Made by a program: the position numbers and the translations under genes. 64,000 nt of DNA, from IMG/VR virus record IMGVR_UViG_3300025840_000011. One strand, written 5' to 3'. The stretch is from a virus. Shown piece after piece: positions 47,330 to 57,139 of the stretch (positions are counted from its first letter, which is position 1; each line of letters begins with the position of its first letter). The notes beneath the pieces are model-generated. The model ran no database searches. It saw only the letters and a program-made list of their open reading frames with translations, and had not been told where the DNA came from.

Positions 47330-47703
47330 GAACAATGATAAGACAAGTAAAGTTGGTTTCTGGAGAGGAACTTGTTTGCGAGGTACTTCATGATTCGGTG
47401 GATGAACAGTCCGACGAAATTATAATTCGTCACGCCTTAAAAATCGTGTCTAAAATTCATAATGGTTACAAGTATTACACCTTCAAACCATTCATGGTTT
47501 TTTCCGATACTAAGGACTCTCTGACTATGTTGCGAGACGGTGCGATCATCTCGTACACAATTCCTCATGATACCCTTATCGCGGAATACAGAGAAGCCTT
47601 GTCTCAGATTAACGACGAGGTAGAAGAGGATCTTTCGATGCCGAAGTTTTCGGGAGACTCAGACTCTAATGTTGTCGCATTCAAAAAACCTACCCATCAC
47701 TAG
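47326..47703 (+). CDS. Hypothetical protein (Sm-like fold, KLVSGEE)
   Basis: Typical gene following uvsW. Confidence 0.6.
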   Translation: MRTMIRQVKLVSGEELVCEVLHDSVDEQSDEIIIRHALKIVSKIHNGYKYYTFKPFMVFSDTKDSLTMLRDGAIISYTIPHDTLIAEYREALSQINDEVEEDLSMPKFSGDSDSNVVAFKKPTHH

Positions 47704-47754
47704 GGTATATTCCCCCCGCACTTAGTGGCTTTAGTTTAACATGAGATACGTGAT

Positions 47755-48219
47755 TTGTCAAGAAGAATTATCAGAAATTTTATAAAAGAGGAAGACCTAC
47801 CCGAAGTACTCGACTTCGCAAACTCTCTCCCTTACTATAGAGATCGTGATCTGCCTGGCGAAGCGGGTGAGGCGGTGCGTCAAGGTGTTTTTAAGTTTAC
47901 GGGAAAACGGACAGAAAGCGTCCATACAATATGTGACATAGGAACGGACATATATAACGCAACGGGATTAAGACCAACACGTCTCTACTTCCACTGGCAT
48001 GATGCGGATCCTGAGTGGACACCGAAAATCCACGCAGACCTGTCAATGAGTGGAGTGATCTACCTTATAGGTGGTGAAGGATGTGGTACGGAAATCGATG
48101 GTGTGGTTGAAGAGTTCGAAGTTGGAAAGTTGGTTATGTACGATGGCAGAACCCCACATAGACCTCAAGGGTTTCCCGTCGATAGGTTGGTAATTACATT
48201 TTTTATAGGTGAAGAATAA
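47755..48219 (+). CDS. 2OG-Fe(II) oxygenase
   Basis: HAD...SGVIYL...GTE...H...RLVITF; start codon uncertain. Confidence 0.65.
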   Translation: MSRRIIRNFIKEEDLPEVLDFANSLPYYRDRDLPGEAGEAVRQGVFKFTGKRTESVHTICDIGTDIYNATGLRPTRLYFHWHDADPEWTPKIHADLSMSGVIYLIGGEGCGTEIDGVVEEFEVGKLVMYDGRTPHRPQGFPVDRLVITFFIGEE

Positions 48220-48662
48220 TGACAGTTGGATTTACTGCATCGACATTTGATCTCTTACATGCGGGTCACGTCTCCATGTTGAGAGAGGCGAAGGAACAGT
48301 GTGACTACTTGATCTGTGGTCTACAGGTTGATCCCTCTTTGGATAGACCTGAGAAGAACAAACCCGTTCAGACCTTGGTCGAGAGGTACACGCAACTGGC
48401 GGGTATCAAGTACGTCGATGAGATCATTCCCTACCAGACCGAAGAAGACCTTGAAGACATTCTTAAGATGGTCAACATCGATCTCCGCATCATAGGATCG
48501 GAGTACAAAGACAAGACCTTCACAGGAAGAGCCACGTGCGCCGCGCGAGGGATTGAAATCTATTTTAACAAGAGGGACCATAGGTTCTCCACTAGTGACT
48601 TAAGAAGAAGAGTCAGTGCGAGCGAATATGGTCTTGACAACCCACCCCTTGATGTAATATAA
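48219..48662 (+). CDS. Cytidylyltransferase (TagD-like)
   Basis: FDLLHAGH (HxGH), ER...VDE, STSDLR. Confidence 0.85.
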   Translation: MTVGFTASTFDLLHAGHVSMLREAKEQCDYLICGLQVDPSLDRPEKNKPVQTLVERYTQLAGIKYVDEIIPYQTEEDLEDILKMVNIDLRIIGSEYKDKTFTGRATCAARGIEIYFNKRDHRFSTSDLRRRVSASEYGLDNPPLDVI

Positions 48663-48663
48663 T
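48634..48663 (+). promoter_or_regulatory. sigma70-type promoter TTGACA-N18-TATAAT for gp55
   Basis: Consensus hexamers. Confidence 0.65.
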
Positions 48664-48689
48664 ACGTTAAATTGAATTAGGAGTATTTA

Positions 48690-49292
48690 ATGGCAACCGC
48701 AAAAGTGAAACCCAAGGAAAGACCGCATTACGTGAACAACAAAGAGTTCTCTGCGGCAGTAGTCGAGTACTGTAAGGAGGTTGGAGTATGTAGGGAGAAG
48801 GGAGAAAAAGTTCCAATCGTTCCCAACTACATCGCTTCTTGTTTCCTGAAGATTGCGGAGGGGTTGTCACATAAGTCTAACTTCGTCCGTTACACCTATC
48901 GGGAAGAGATGGTTATGGACGCTGTGGAGAACTGTCTCAAGGCGATTGAGAACTACAACATTGAGACCGCAACTCGTACAGGTAACCCGAACGCATTCGC
49001 ATACTTCACACAGATTTCTTGGTATGCGTTTCTTCGTCGTATTGCACGTGAGAAGAAACAACAGGACATCAAACTAAAGTACATCTCCGAAGCGGGTGTC
49101 GAACAGTTCCTTGATCAACAGGAAGGTGACCCCGAATGGCAACACGTTGTACCTTTTATCGATGTGTTGCGTAATCGAATCGACGCCGTGAAGGAGTCGG
49201 ATGCGGAGTTCAAAGAGTACGTTGAAGAAGAGAAGAAACGTAAGAGACGGACTGTCAAGGTCGATTCAGACCTGTCGGATTTCCTTGTATAA
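48690..49292 (+). CDS. gp55: Late transcription sigma factor
   Basis: HYVNNKEF, NFVRYTYREEMVMDAVENCL, NAFAYFTQI..YAFLRRI. Confidence 0.95.
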   Translation: MATAKVKPKERPHYVNNKEFSAAVVEYCKEVGVCREKGEKVPIVPNYIASCFLKIAEGLSHKSNFVRYTYREEMVMDAVENCLKAIENYNIETATRTGNPNAFAYFTQISWYAFLRRIAREKKQQDIKLKYISEAGVEQFLDQQEGDPEWQHVVPFIDVLRNRIDAVKESDAEFKEYVEEEKKRKRRTVKVDSDLSDFLV

Positions 49293-49335
49293 AACACTTG
49301 ACATCCTTTGCATATTCTGGTAATATAGGTTAATT

Positions 49336-49455
49336 ATGTGGACATATGAATGTAGCGCAGGGACATACAGAGAAGAGTCCCTGCACAAATTACTGTGGAT
49401 AATTTTTAAACATCGTCTTCATCATCTAGTGGAAGACGGGAGGTTCTCTGATTAG
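49336..49455 (+). CDS. Putative 39-aa protein
   Basis: Follows TTGACA at 49298; stop overlaps the gp47 GTG. Confidence 0.4.
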   Translation: MWTYECSAGTYREESLHKLLWIIFKHRLHHLVEDGRFSD

Positions 49456-50513
49456 TGAAGGTTGCCATCTTAAACGATACCCATGCGGGTATTCGTAACT
49501 CATCTGATATTTTTATGTCGTACCAAGAACGCTTCTACTCAGAAGTGTTCTTTCCATATCTGCTAGAAAATGACATCAAACAGATCCTACACCTTGGAGA
49601 CTACTACGATAACCGTAAGACAGTCAACTTCAAGGCGTTGAACCATAACCGCAAAATCTTTCTAGAGAAATTGCGGGAGTATGGTATCACTATGGATATC
49701 ATTCCGGGCAACCATGACACCTACTACAAGAACACCAACGATCTGAATTCGTTGAAAGAGTTGTTGGGTCACTACATGAATGAAGTCAACGTTATCATGG
49801 AACCTACCGTGGTTAAATACGACACTTTAGATGTCGCATTAATCCCTTGGATTAACCCTGAGAATGAGGAAGCAACACTCAAGTTTCTTTCGAAGTGCAA
49901 GGCGCCTGTCGTAGGTGCACACCTAGAACTGGTCGGGTTCGATATGCAACGTGGTATGCCCTGTCACGATGGTATGTCACCTAAACACTTCGAGAACTTT
50001 GAGATGGTGTTGTCTGGTCACTTCCATGCAAAATCGTCACAGGGAAATGTTCACTATCTGGGTTCTCAGATGGAGTTCTTTTGGAACGATTGCAATGACA
50101 AGAAGTACTTCCACATTCTTGATACTGAAACAAGAGAACTTACTCCGGTACACAATCCTATCACCATCTACGAGAAGGTGTATTACGATGCCGACAAGAT
50201 GCGTAAGTTCCAAGACCTACGATATCTTGATAATAAATTCGTTAAGTTGATCGTAGTGAAGAAGGGCGACACCTATGATTTCGAACGGTTCGTAGACCGC
50301 ATCCAGAATCAGAAGATACACGAACTCAAGATCGTTGAGGACTTCAAAGAGTTCATTGGTGAGAATGTGGGTGACCACAACATCACTATTGACGATACCG
50401 AAACTTTGGTGTATAATTATATCGACAACGTGCAGACCGATCTGGACAAGTCGAGAATCAAAAGAGAGATATCTGTGTTGATGACAGAGGCACAATCAAT
50501 GGAGGTAGTATAG
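49455..50513 (+). CDS. gp47: Recombination endonuclease subunit (Mre11/SbcD-like)
   Basis: DTH, LGD..D, GNHD, SGHFH metallophosphoesterase motifs. Confidence 0.95.
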   Translation: MKVAILNDTHAGIRNSSDIFMSYQERFYSEVFFPYLLENDIKQILHLGDYYDNRKTVNFKALNHNRKIFLEKLREYGITMDIIPGNHDTYYKNTNDLNSLKELLGHYMNEVNVIMEPTVVKYDTLDVALIPWINPENEEATLKFLSKCKAPVVGAHLELVGFDMQRGMPCHDGMSPKHFENFEMVLSGHFHAKSSQGNVHYLGSQMEFFWNDCNDKKYFHILDTETRELTPVHNPITIYEKVYYDADKMRKFQDLRYLDNKFVKLIVVKKGDTYDFERFVDRIQNQKIHELKIVEDFKEFIGENVGDHNITIDDTETLVYNYIDNVQTDLDKSRIKREISVLMTEAQSMEVV

Positions 50514-50662
50514 TGGGTAAGGGATCCAAACCAAGACCTATCAAAGATCGGAAACAGTTCAATGATAACTGGGACCGCATATTCAAAGGACAGACGCAAC
50601 AACCCAAAGGCGTCGATCAAGAAAAACTCAAAGAACAGGCGCAAGATCCAAAAAACGGTTGA
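50513..50662 (+). CDS. Small conserved phage protein (GKGSKPRP...F..NWDRIF)
   Basis: GTG coupled to the gp47 stop, GGAGG RBS; not in the ORF track. Confidence 0.6.
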   Translation: MGKGSKPRPIKDRKQFNDNWDRIFKGQTQQPKGVDQEKLKEQAQDPKNG

Positions 50663-50687
50663 CAAGACCTGTTTGGGATAGTATAAT
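50659..50687 (+). promoter_or_regulatory. sigma70-type promoter TTGACA-N17-TATAAT for gp46
   Basis: Perfect consensus; ATG lies 6 nt after the -10 element. Confidence 0.75.
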
Positions 50688-50693
50688 TGACCT

Positions 50694-52418
50694 ATGATTA
50701 AATTCGAAAAGATCCGGTGGAAAAATTTCCTTTCCACTGGGAATAACTTTACGGAAATAGATTTCCAATCTACCCCTACCACTCTAGTGGTGGGTCACAA
50801 CGGCGCGGGTAAGTCAACACTACTCGACGCTCTCAGTTTTGGATTGTTCGGTAAACCACACCGTAAGATATCCAAGCCTCAACTTATCAATTCCATCAAC
50901 GGAAAGGGTACACTAGTTGAGGTCTTTTTCTCAGTCGGCTCTGTTAGGTATAAGGTACTCCGTGGTATCAAACCCAACAAGTTTGAGATATGGTGCAACG
51001 ATAACATGTTGAACCAGAGTTCTCACGCCAAGGAATACCAACAGATCCTTGAGACGAATATCCTTAAACTGAACCACAAGTCGTTCCACCAGATCGTTGT
51101 ACTGGGTTCGTCTTCGTTCGTACCGTTTATGCAACTTCCGGCAAACTCTCGTAGAGATGTAATCGAAGACCTACTTGACATCAACATGTTCTCCAAGATG
51201 AACACAATTCTGAAAGAGAAGATGTCTATACTCAAGGAAAACATCCGTGAGAATGGACACGCCATTGAGGTGGTCAAGACTAAGATCAACGCACAGAAGA
51301 AGTATCTGCGAGATTTGTCGGCGCTAAACACCGCACACCGTAAGGAGAAAGAAGAATCAATCTCAACCCTTCTTAAGGAGATTAGTGAACTCCAAGACTT
51401 TAACGATAAGAACATGCAAGATGCAATGGATCGTTCTATGTCAGTGGCTTCCAAATTGCAGAAGGTTCAGACATCACGTGAGAAGTTACTTGAGTATCAA
51501 TCAACGTTCAAGTCTCAGATCAAGTCCGTAGTGAAGGAGGCGAAGTTCTTTGAAGACAACTCTGTCTGTCCTACGTGTGATCAAGATATTGCGGATGATC
51601 TGCGTGAGACTAAAAAGAATGATGCGAACAAACGTGCAAAGGATCTCAGTGAGGCGATGGGTAAGTCTGACTCTCAGATGAAAGAGTTTGATGATCAACT
51701 CGTTGAACTGCAAAAGGAGTTGGAGTCTGCCCGTGTACTACAGAATGAGGTTAACAATAACAACCAGACCATCACCAGACTTAACCAACAGATAGAACGC
51801 ATCCGTGCAGAGATCGATAACTTGGGAGATAACACTGGTGACCTCAAGGATGCAAACGATGAACTCCAAACTCTGAACAAGGACTTAGAGTCAAAACAAG
51901 ATGAGAAGTATCGTATGCACGAGGACTACTCGTATCAACAGATCAACGCTGAACTTCTTAAGGATACGGGGATCAAAACCAAGATTATCAAACAGTACCT
52001 TCCGGTCATTAACCAACTGACCAACCAGTACTTACAAATCTTAGACTTCTTTGTTCACTTCGATCTGGACGAGAGTTTCAACGAGACTATCCGTTCGCGT
52101 TTTCGTGACAGTTTCTCTTATGACTCTTTCTCTGAGGGGGAGAAACAACGTATAGACTTGTCCCTACTATTTACGTGGAGACAAGTGGCGAAGATGAAAA
52201 ACAGTGTTGCGACTAACCTACTCATCCTTGACGAGACTTTCGATTCTTCTTTGGACGATGATGGTGTAGACAACCTAATGAAGATCATACACACTCTGGG
52301 TGAAGAGACCAACGTGTTTGTTATCTCACACAAGGCGGAACTGGAAGACGCTGCGTTTCAACGCAGGATTGAATTCGTCAAAGAGAAGAACTTCAGTAAG
52401 ATGAAAGAAGCCGCATGA
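50694..52418 (+). CDS. gp46: Recombination endonuclease ATPase subunit (Rad50/SbcC-like)
   Basis: NGAGKST, CPTC zinc hook, FSEGEK, LDETFDSSLD. Confidence 0.95.
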   Translation: MIKFEKIRWKNFLSTGNNFTEIDFQSTPTTLVVGHNGAGKSTLLDALSFGLFGKPHRKISKPQLINSINGKGTLVEVFFSVGSVRYKVLRGIKPNKFEIWCNDNMLNQSSHAKEYQQILETNILKLNHKSFHQIVVLGSSSFVPFMQLPANSRRDVIEDLLDINMFSKMNTILKEKMSILKENIRENGHAIEVVKTKINAQKKYLRDLSALNTAHRKEKEESISTLLKEISELQDFNDKNMQDAMDRSMSVASKLQKVQTSREKLLEYQSTFKSQIKSVVKEAKFFEDNSVCPTCDQDIADDLRETKKNDANKRAKDLSEAMGKSDSQMKEFDDQLVELQKELESARVLQNEVNNNNQTITRLNQQIERIRAEIDNLGDNTGDLKDANDELQTLNKDLESKQDEKYRMHEDYSYQQINAELLKDTGIKTKIIKQYLPVINQLTNQYLQILDFFVHFDLDESFNETIRSRFRDSFSYDSFSEGEKQRIDLSLLFTWRQVAKMKNSVATNLLILDETFDSSLDDDGVDNLMKIIHTLGEETNVFVISHKAELEDAAFQRRIEFVKEKNFSKMKEAA

Positions 52419-53017
52419 GTGTTAACATAATCGATGACTTCTATGATCCGGAAACTCTGAACGAGATTTCCAGTTACCTCAATGGGATCCTGTATTCAAA
52501 ACAGGATGAAGTCCATCTGTTCTCGTGTAACATGGTTTTATGGGATGATGGACTATACAGACACCAGAACGGTAGTGATCTTGAAGCGCCTCCTTTAGTA
52601 CTCATTCACTACCCCCAAGCACATGGTGAAAGAGGTAAAATAATCCATGACCTCATAAAAGAAAAGACTAATGAAAGGGTCAAAGAGTTTGGGTTGAGGT
52701 GTCAAGACGTAACAGGTCCAATGTTTCATATCTGGACCCCACAGTCTTACATCAACTGGCATAACGACTTTAGGCCTGGGGTTGAATCAGAACAGAGACA
52801 TGGGGCGGCAACAATTTATTTAAATCGTGAATGGGCCCTTGACAAAGGGGGTGAGTTTTTGTATAATGATGATGCAGCTGACTTGAATAACGTTAAACGT
52901 GTCACGCCCGCAGAAAATCGTGCAGTTGTATTGGACGGTTGGGCGAGACACAAAACAACTCCGGTTGCACCGGAAAACATTAGGAAGTCATTACAAATTT
53001 GGTTAACCAAAATCTAA
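52415..53017 (+). CDS. 2OG-Fe(II) oxygenase (prolyl-hydroxylase-like)
   Basis: WHND, TIYLN..W....GGEF, H...RKSLQIW. Confidence 0.8.
   Translation: MSVNIIDDFYDPETLNEISSYLNGILYSKQDEVHLFSCNMVLWDDGLYRHQNGSDLEAPPLVLIHYPQAHGERGKIIHDLIKEKTNERVKEFGLRCQDVTGPMFHIWTPQSYINWHNDFRPGVESEQRHGAATIYLNREWALDKGGEFLYNDDAADLNNVKRVTPAENRAVVLDGWARHKTTPVAPENIRKSLQIWLTKI
52839..52867 (+). promoter_or_regulatory. Intragenic sigma70-type promoter TTGACA-N17-TATAAT upstream of gp45
   Basis: Perfect consensus inside the oxygenase CDS. Confidence 0.65.
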
Positions 53018-53029
53018 GCGGAGTATATA

Positions 53030-53707
53030 ATGGAACTAACTGATCGTACTATGCAAGTACTTAAAAATTATGCAAACATCAACCCGAACATTGTGATCAG
53101 TGCGGGTAAACAATTGAAGACTGTTTCTATTGCAAGGAACGTCTTCTCTAAGACTACCCTTGAGGAAGAGTTTCCCCAAGAGTTTGGTATCTACGATTTG
53201 AATGAGTTTCTTGGTGTTCTCTCTCTGGTAGAGAAACCCAACATCAAGTTCGAGAAGGATTACCTTGTCGTGGGCGATCACACTGGTCGTTCTCGTATCA
53301 AGTATTTTCTTTCCGATCCGGATCTATTGACTACTCCTTCCAAGGACATCATTATGCCCGAAGCGGAAGTTAAGTTTTCACTAGATAATGACACGTTGAA
53401 TCGAATCAAACGTGCTGCTGCGACATTGGGTCACAATGAGATTTCTATCACACCACAGAGTGGTTCAGTACAAATCTCTGTTGTTGATTCTAAGGACGCA
53501 ACCTCGAATGCGTTTTCGATTGACGTGGAAGGTTCGTATCAAGAAGGAGTTGATTTCAACTTTATTCTGAATGTGAACAACCTCAAGATTGTTAGTGAGG
53601 ACTATGATGTCAGTATCTCTTCGAAACTGATCTCACGGTTCGCATCAAAACAGTCAGAGATTGAGTACTATATTGCACTTGAAAAATCATCTAACTACGG
53701 AGCTTAA
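53030..53707 (+). CDS. gp45: Sliding clamp
   Basis: LKNYA.IN, FGIYDLNEFL, YYIALE. Confidence 0.93.
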   Translation: MELTDRTMQVLKNYANINPNIVISAGKQLKTVSIARNVFSKTTLEEEFPQEFGIYDLNEFLGVLSLVEKPNIKFEKDYLVVGDHTGRSRIKYFLSDPDLLTTPSKDIIMPEAEVKFSLDNDTLNRIKRAAATLGHNEISITPQSGSVQISVVDSKDATSNAFSIDVEGSYQEGVDFNFILNVNNLKIVSEDYDVSISSKLISRFASKQSEIEYYIALEKSSNYGA

Positions 53708-53710
53708 AAG

Positions 53711-53935
53711 ATGGCAAAGACAGAGACCGCCGCACCGGCACAAGACCACTCTCAGGTCTATGAATTGAGTAATCGGGTCGCACGATCCACTATCGCAGTG
53801 ATTGATACTGTGGTTCAACGTGGGGGTTTTAAGGGTGAAGAACTCTCAACCATTGGTCAGTTGCGTGACCAAGCGGTTCAGGTTATTCAACTTGCAGAGG
53901 CGTTTCAGTCAGAAGAGACTGGTGAAACGAAGTAA
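53711..53935 (+). CDS. Hypothetical protein
   Basis: ID...QRGGFKGEELS.IG.LR motif; packed ORF. Confidence 0.65.
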   Translation: MAKTETAAPAQDHSQVYELSNRVARSTIAVIDTVVQRGGFKGEELSTIGQLRDQAVQVIQLAEAFQSEETGETK

Positions 53936-53941
53936 CCCTCT

Positions 53942-54018
53942 GGGATCGTAGCTCAACTGGATAGAGCGACGGCCTTCTAAGCCGTAGGTTAAAGGTTCGA
54001 GTCCTTTCGGTCCCGCCA
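53942..54018 (+). tRNA. tRNA-Arg(UCU)
   Basis: GGGATCG/CGGTCCC acceptor stem, ACGGC-CTTCTAA-GCCGT anticodon arm, GGTTCGAGTCC T-arm, encoded CCA. Confidence 0.95.
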
Positions 54019-54031
54019 ATTTGAAAGGAAG

Positions 54032-54721
54032 ATGATGGACACGGTGATCTTTATTCCTGCAAGGCTGGGGAGTAAAAGACTCATCCATAAACCACTTACC
54101 AAATTGGGGGGTGTACCTCTGGTAAGACGTGTTGCGGAGGCTTGCGAAAAGTCTGGATATCCGGTTGTGGTATTGACAGACAGTAAAAGAGTCGCGGATT
54201 GTGTAAAGGGTTTTGAGGTTGTAATTGATAGTCAACACTATCATAACGGTACGGAAAGATGTGCCTCCGCTTCATACTTTCCTATGTTGGAACCCTACAA
54301 GTACATCATCAATGTCCAAGGAGACATGCCTGATGTTACCACTAACATGATTGAGACTCTGGCGCATGGTCTTCGTAACGATGAGTGGGATGTCTGTACT
54401 CTTTACACCAAGATGACAGAAGAGGAACAGTCGAACCGTAACAATGTGAAGATGGTACATAACCAAGAACTCGCACACTGGTTCGCTCGTGACATAACTT
54501 ACGGTGTACGTCACCTTGGTGTATATGGATACTCTCAACCAACCTTAAGAGAGTATGGAAACTGGGATGTTAGTCTGTATGAAGAAATTGAGAGTTTGGA
54601 ACAACTTCGATGGATTGAAAATGAAGTTGAGATTGGTGTATACGAAACTCAGTTTGATGGTATGGAGATTAACACAGTGGGTGACGTACATTCTTGGCAT
54701 ATGAGGAATAAGTTGGTATGA
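54032..54721 (+). CDS. kdsB: CMP-KDO synthetase
   Basis: IPARLGSKRL..KPL, GTER, INVQGD.P, HLGVYGY, ESLEQLRW. Confidence 0.9.
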   Translation: MMDTVIFIPARLGSKRLIHKPLTKLGGVPLVRRVAEACEKSGYPVVVLTDSKRVADCVKGFEVVIDSQHYHNGTERCASASYFPMLEPYKYIINVQGDMPDVTTNMIETLAHGLRNDEWDVCTLYTKMTEEEQSNRNNVKMVHNQELAHWFARDITYGVRHLGVYGYSQPTLREYGNWDVSLYEEIESLEQLRWIENEVEIGVYETQFDGMEINTVGDVHSWHMRNKLV

Positions 54722-55500
54722 GAATTATTGCAGGCCCATGCCAGTTCGAGTCGTTCGATATGGCACGTGAAGTTGCAGAACACTGCAAAGGTATCTGTGA
54801 CGAATATGGTATTGAGTACTACTTCAAGGCGTCCTTTGACAAAGCGAACCGTAGTAAAGGGACGAGTGCAAGGGGTGTAGGACTGAAACAATGTATGGAT
54901 CATTTCTGGAGATTGAAGGCAGAAATTCCTGAGTTGAAGACACTAACCGATGTACATGAGACTCATCAAGTCTATAACATCGCGTCAGAACATGATGAAT
55001 GTGTGGATGTCCTACAGATCCCTGCCCTCTTATCAAGACAGACGGATTTGATCAAAGCCGCATCTCTCAGTGGTAAGATCGTTAATATCAAGAAGGGTCA
55101 GTTCATGTCTCCCTATGATTGTCAAGATGTCTTGGACAAGGCGTCCGGTGCAAGGGAAGTTTGGTTGACAGAACGGGGAACTTCTTTTGGTTACAACAGA
55201 TTGGTGGTGGACTTCGTGGGTCTCAACTACATGATCAATAACTACCCCGATGTGGTGTTTGACGTGACTCACTCTATCCAAAACCCCGCAAAGGTGGAGA
55301 CTTCGGATAGGTCCGCCATCACCCCTCTCGCCTGCGCGGCCGCCGCAATGGGGGTCCAGAACTTCTTTTTTGAGGTACATCCGGACCCCGATAACGCAAA
55401 ATCTGATGGACCCAACTCTCTCCATCTATCTGATTTTAAACAACTTGTCTGTTCTCTTGAAAAAATTTCAAAAAAACGCTTGACTTTTCTTGCGGAGTAG
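54718..55500 (+). CDS. kdsA: KDO-8-phosphate synthase
   Basis: IAGPC, FKASFDKANRS, LQIPA, NIKKGQF, ERG..FGY, EVHPDP...SDG. Confidence 0.93.
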   Translation: MRIIAGPCQFESFDMAREVAEHCKGICDEYGIEYYFKASFDKANRSKGTSARGVGLKQCMDHFWRLKAEIPELKTLTDVHETHQVYNIASEHDECVDVLQIPALLSRQTDLIKAASLSGKIVNIKKGQFMSPYDCQDVLDKASGAREVWLTERGTSFGYNRLVVDFVGLNYMINNYPDVVFDVTHSIQNPAKVETSDRSAITPLACAAAAMGVQNFFFEVHPDPDNAKSDGPNSLHLSDFKQLVCSLEKISKKRLTFLAE

Positions 55501-55508
55501 GTTATAGT
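55480..55508 (+). promoter_or_regulatory. sigma70-type promoter TTGACT-N17-TATAGT with an A-rich UP element
   Basis: Near-consensus hexamers. Confidence 0.6.
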
Positions 55509-55539
55509 GTATATGTAATTTGGTGAGAGAGGACTGGTT

Positions 55540-55707
55540 ATGAAACCGATGCACATGGTGAAGTCAATATCTGAGAAGGAGCTCGCGATGCTCCAACGGA
55601 TCTGGACTCAGAATGAGAAGAAGATCAACGAACTTCTTAATCATCAACAAGAGATCGATAAGTTGTTTGACAAGATCGATCAAGGTAAAGTGTTAATCGG
55701 AGGCTAA
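55540..55707 (+). CDS. Hypothetical 55-aa protein
   Basis: GAGGA RBS; fills the gap before 55710; not in the ORF track. Confidence 0.55.
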   Translation: MKPMHMVKSISEKELAMLQRIWTQNEKKINELLNHQQEIDKLFDKIDQGKVLIGG

Positions 55708-55709
55708 TT

Positions 55710-56201
55710 ATGAAACTTGTAATCTTCACCCAAATCAAAGAGAACTACGGCGCCCATGCATGGGACGGTAAGGGCGAATGCCCGCAGCGCTGGAAGTTCA
55801 AGGGTGGTAACACCATTATAGTCCGTGATATCACTGTAGATCAGGCGATGAAATTGAGAACGGGTATCCCTACTCTGACGGCTCTCATCGAAGAGAACAA
55901 TGAGTACTTCGAAGAGTACATCTTGGACTGGGATATCATGGACGATTGCGTGGGAGATCCAATCGAAGATTGGGATTCACCCATCGAATACTCGTGGGGT
56001 GGTGACCGTTGGTTGGCCCAGCGGGTAGTTGATAACACCAAAGACGGTGGTTACTATCGTTATGAGATTGCGTCCGCAAAAGAGACGTGGATCCCAATGG
56101 AAGGTGGCGAAAAGTCCGACTTCAAGGTCGAGTACACCATGCGTAATGGTGATGTTCTAAACTACGAGGAGTTGCAACAGTTTTTTAGTGAGGCATCGTG
56201 A
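55710..56201 (+). CDS. Hypothetical protein (ENYGAH.W......WKFKGG)
   Basis: GGAGG RBS; N-terminal motif recalled from other phages. Confidence 0.65.
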   Translation: MKLVIFTQIKENYGAHAWDGKGECPQRWKFKGGNTIIVRDITVDQAMKLRTGIPTLTALIEENNEYFEEYILDWDIMDDCVGDPIEDWDSPIEYSWGGDRWLAQRVVDNTKDGGYYRYEIASAKETWIPMEGGEKSDFKVEYTMRNGDVLNYEELQQFFSEAS

Positions 56202-56212
56202 AGGTTTGAAGT

Positions 56213-56836
56213 ATGCGAACTGGTTATCAAGTAGCTACCGTGGGTGCACTATTTGCATCTATACTGAGTTTTGAATATTATTTAATAGATTCGGTTTCGA
56301 CTAGACTGGATAGTCTGGAAGAAGTCATCTCCACTAATGCGGCTTCCGCATCCTCACTCTCTCTCGAAACGGAGGCGATTGGTGGAGATGACATTTATTC
56401 TGAACGAGACCTTGAGTGTCTCGCACTCAACGCTTACTTTGAGTCGTTGAATGAACCCACCGCTGGTAAGATTGGAGTGACACACGTTGTCTTAAATCGT
56501 GTAGAGAGTGCACGGTTCCCCAACACAGTTTGTGGTGTGATCTATCAAGGTCAGACATATACGACACCGGACGGGAGACGTATGCCTCTCCGCAACAGGT
56601 GTCAATTCAGTTGGTATTGTGACGGTAGATCCGACATACCAAGGGCATGGAAAAGGTACACTGAAATATACCAACTTGTCGCAAAGGTCGCAACAGATCG
56701 TGCACAAGGTGTTGGTAACGACATCACGAAGGGTAGTTTATTCTACCATGCTGATTACGTTGATCCCCACTGGAACAGACGTATGAACCGTGAGGTCCAA
56801 TTGGGTAGACATATATTCTACACAATGGACAGTTAA
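56213..56836 (+). CDS. Cell wall hydrolase (SleB/Hydrolase_2) with an N-terminal membrane anchor
   Basis: CLALNAYFE, V.LNRV...FP.TVC.VIYQ, CQFSWYCDG, FYHADYV.P.W, GRHIFY. Confidence 0.9.
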   Translation: MRTGYQVATVGALFASILSFEYYLIDSVSTRLDSLEEVISTNAASASSLSLETEAIGGDDIYSERDLECLALNAYFESLNEPTAGKIGVTHVVLNRVESARFPNTVCGVIYQGQTYTTPDGRRMPLRNRCQFSWYCDGRSDIPRAWKRYTEIYQLVAKVATDRAQGVGNDITKGSLFYHADYVDPHWNRRMNREVQLGRHIFYTMDS

Positions 56837-56875
56837 CCCAAGACTATATACACACACAAACTAAGGAGGTTTGAT

Positions 56876-57139
56876 ATGGAACTAAATGCTCTCGGCATTA
56901 TCGCAATCGTGTTTGTTGCAGTCGTATTTGTCCTTGTTACGAAAGCCGCAAATAATGCGGAAGATCGACTTGAAGAGGTAGATGGTGAACCAGCTTTTGA
57001 TTTACCACCTAAACCCTTAGAAGATATGACGAAGGCCGAACTTCTGGAGGTTGCAGATGAATGCAACATCGCAGGAGTCAGATCCCGAATGCGAAAAGCA
57101 GAAGTATTCGAACTCGTTCGCAAAAATTTTGGTGTTTAA
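56876..57139 (+). CDS. Membrane-anchored protein with a Rho-N/HeH-like domain
   Basis: TM helix followed by LEDMTKAELLEVA...I.G...MRKAE. Confidence 0.6.
   Translation: MELNALGIIAIVFVAVVFVLVTKAANNAEDRLEEVDGEPAFDLPPKPLEDMTKAELLEVADECNIAGVRSRMRKAEVFELVRKNFGV

Noticed and set aside
53909-54244. Minus-strand 111-aa ORF
   Set aside because: It is an antisense shadow of the tRNA and kdsB.
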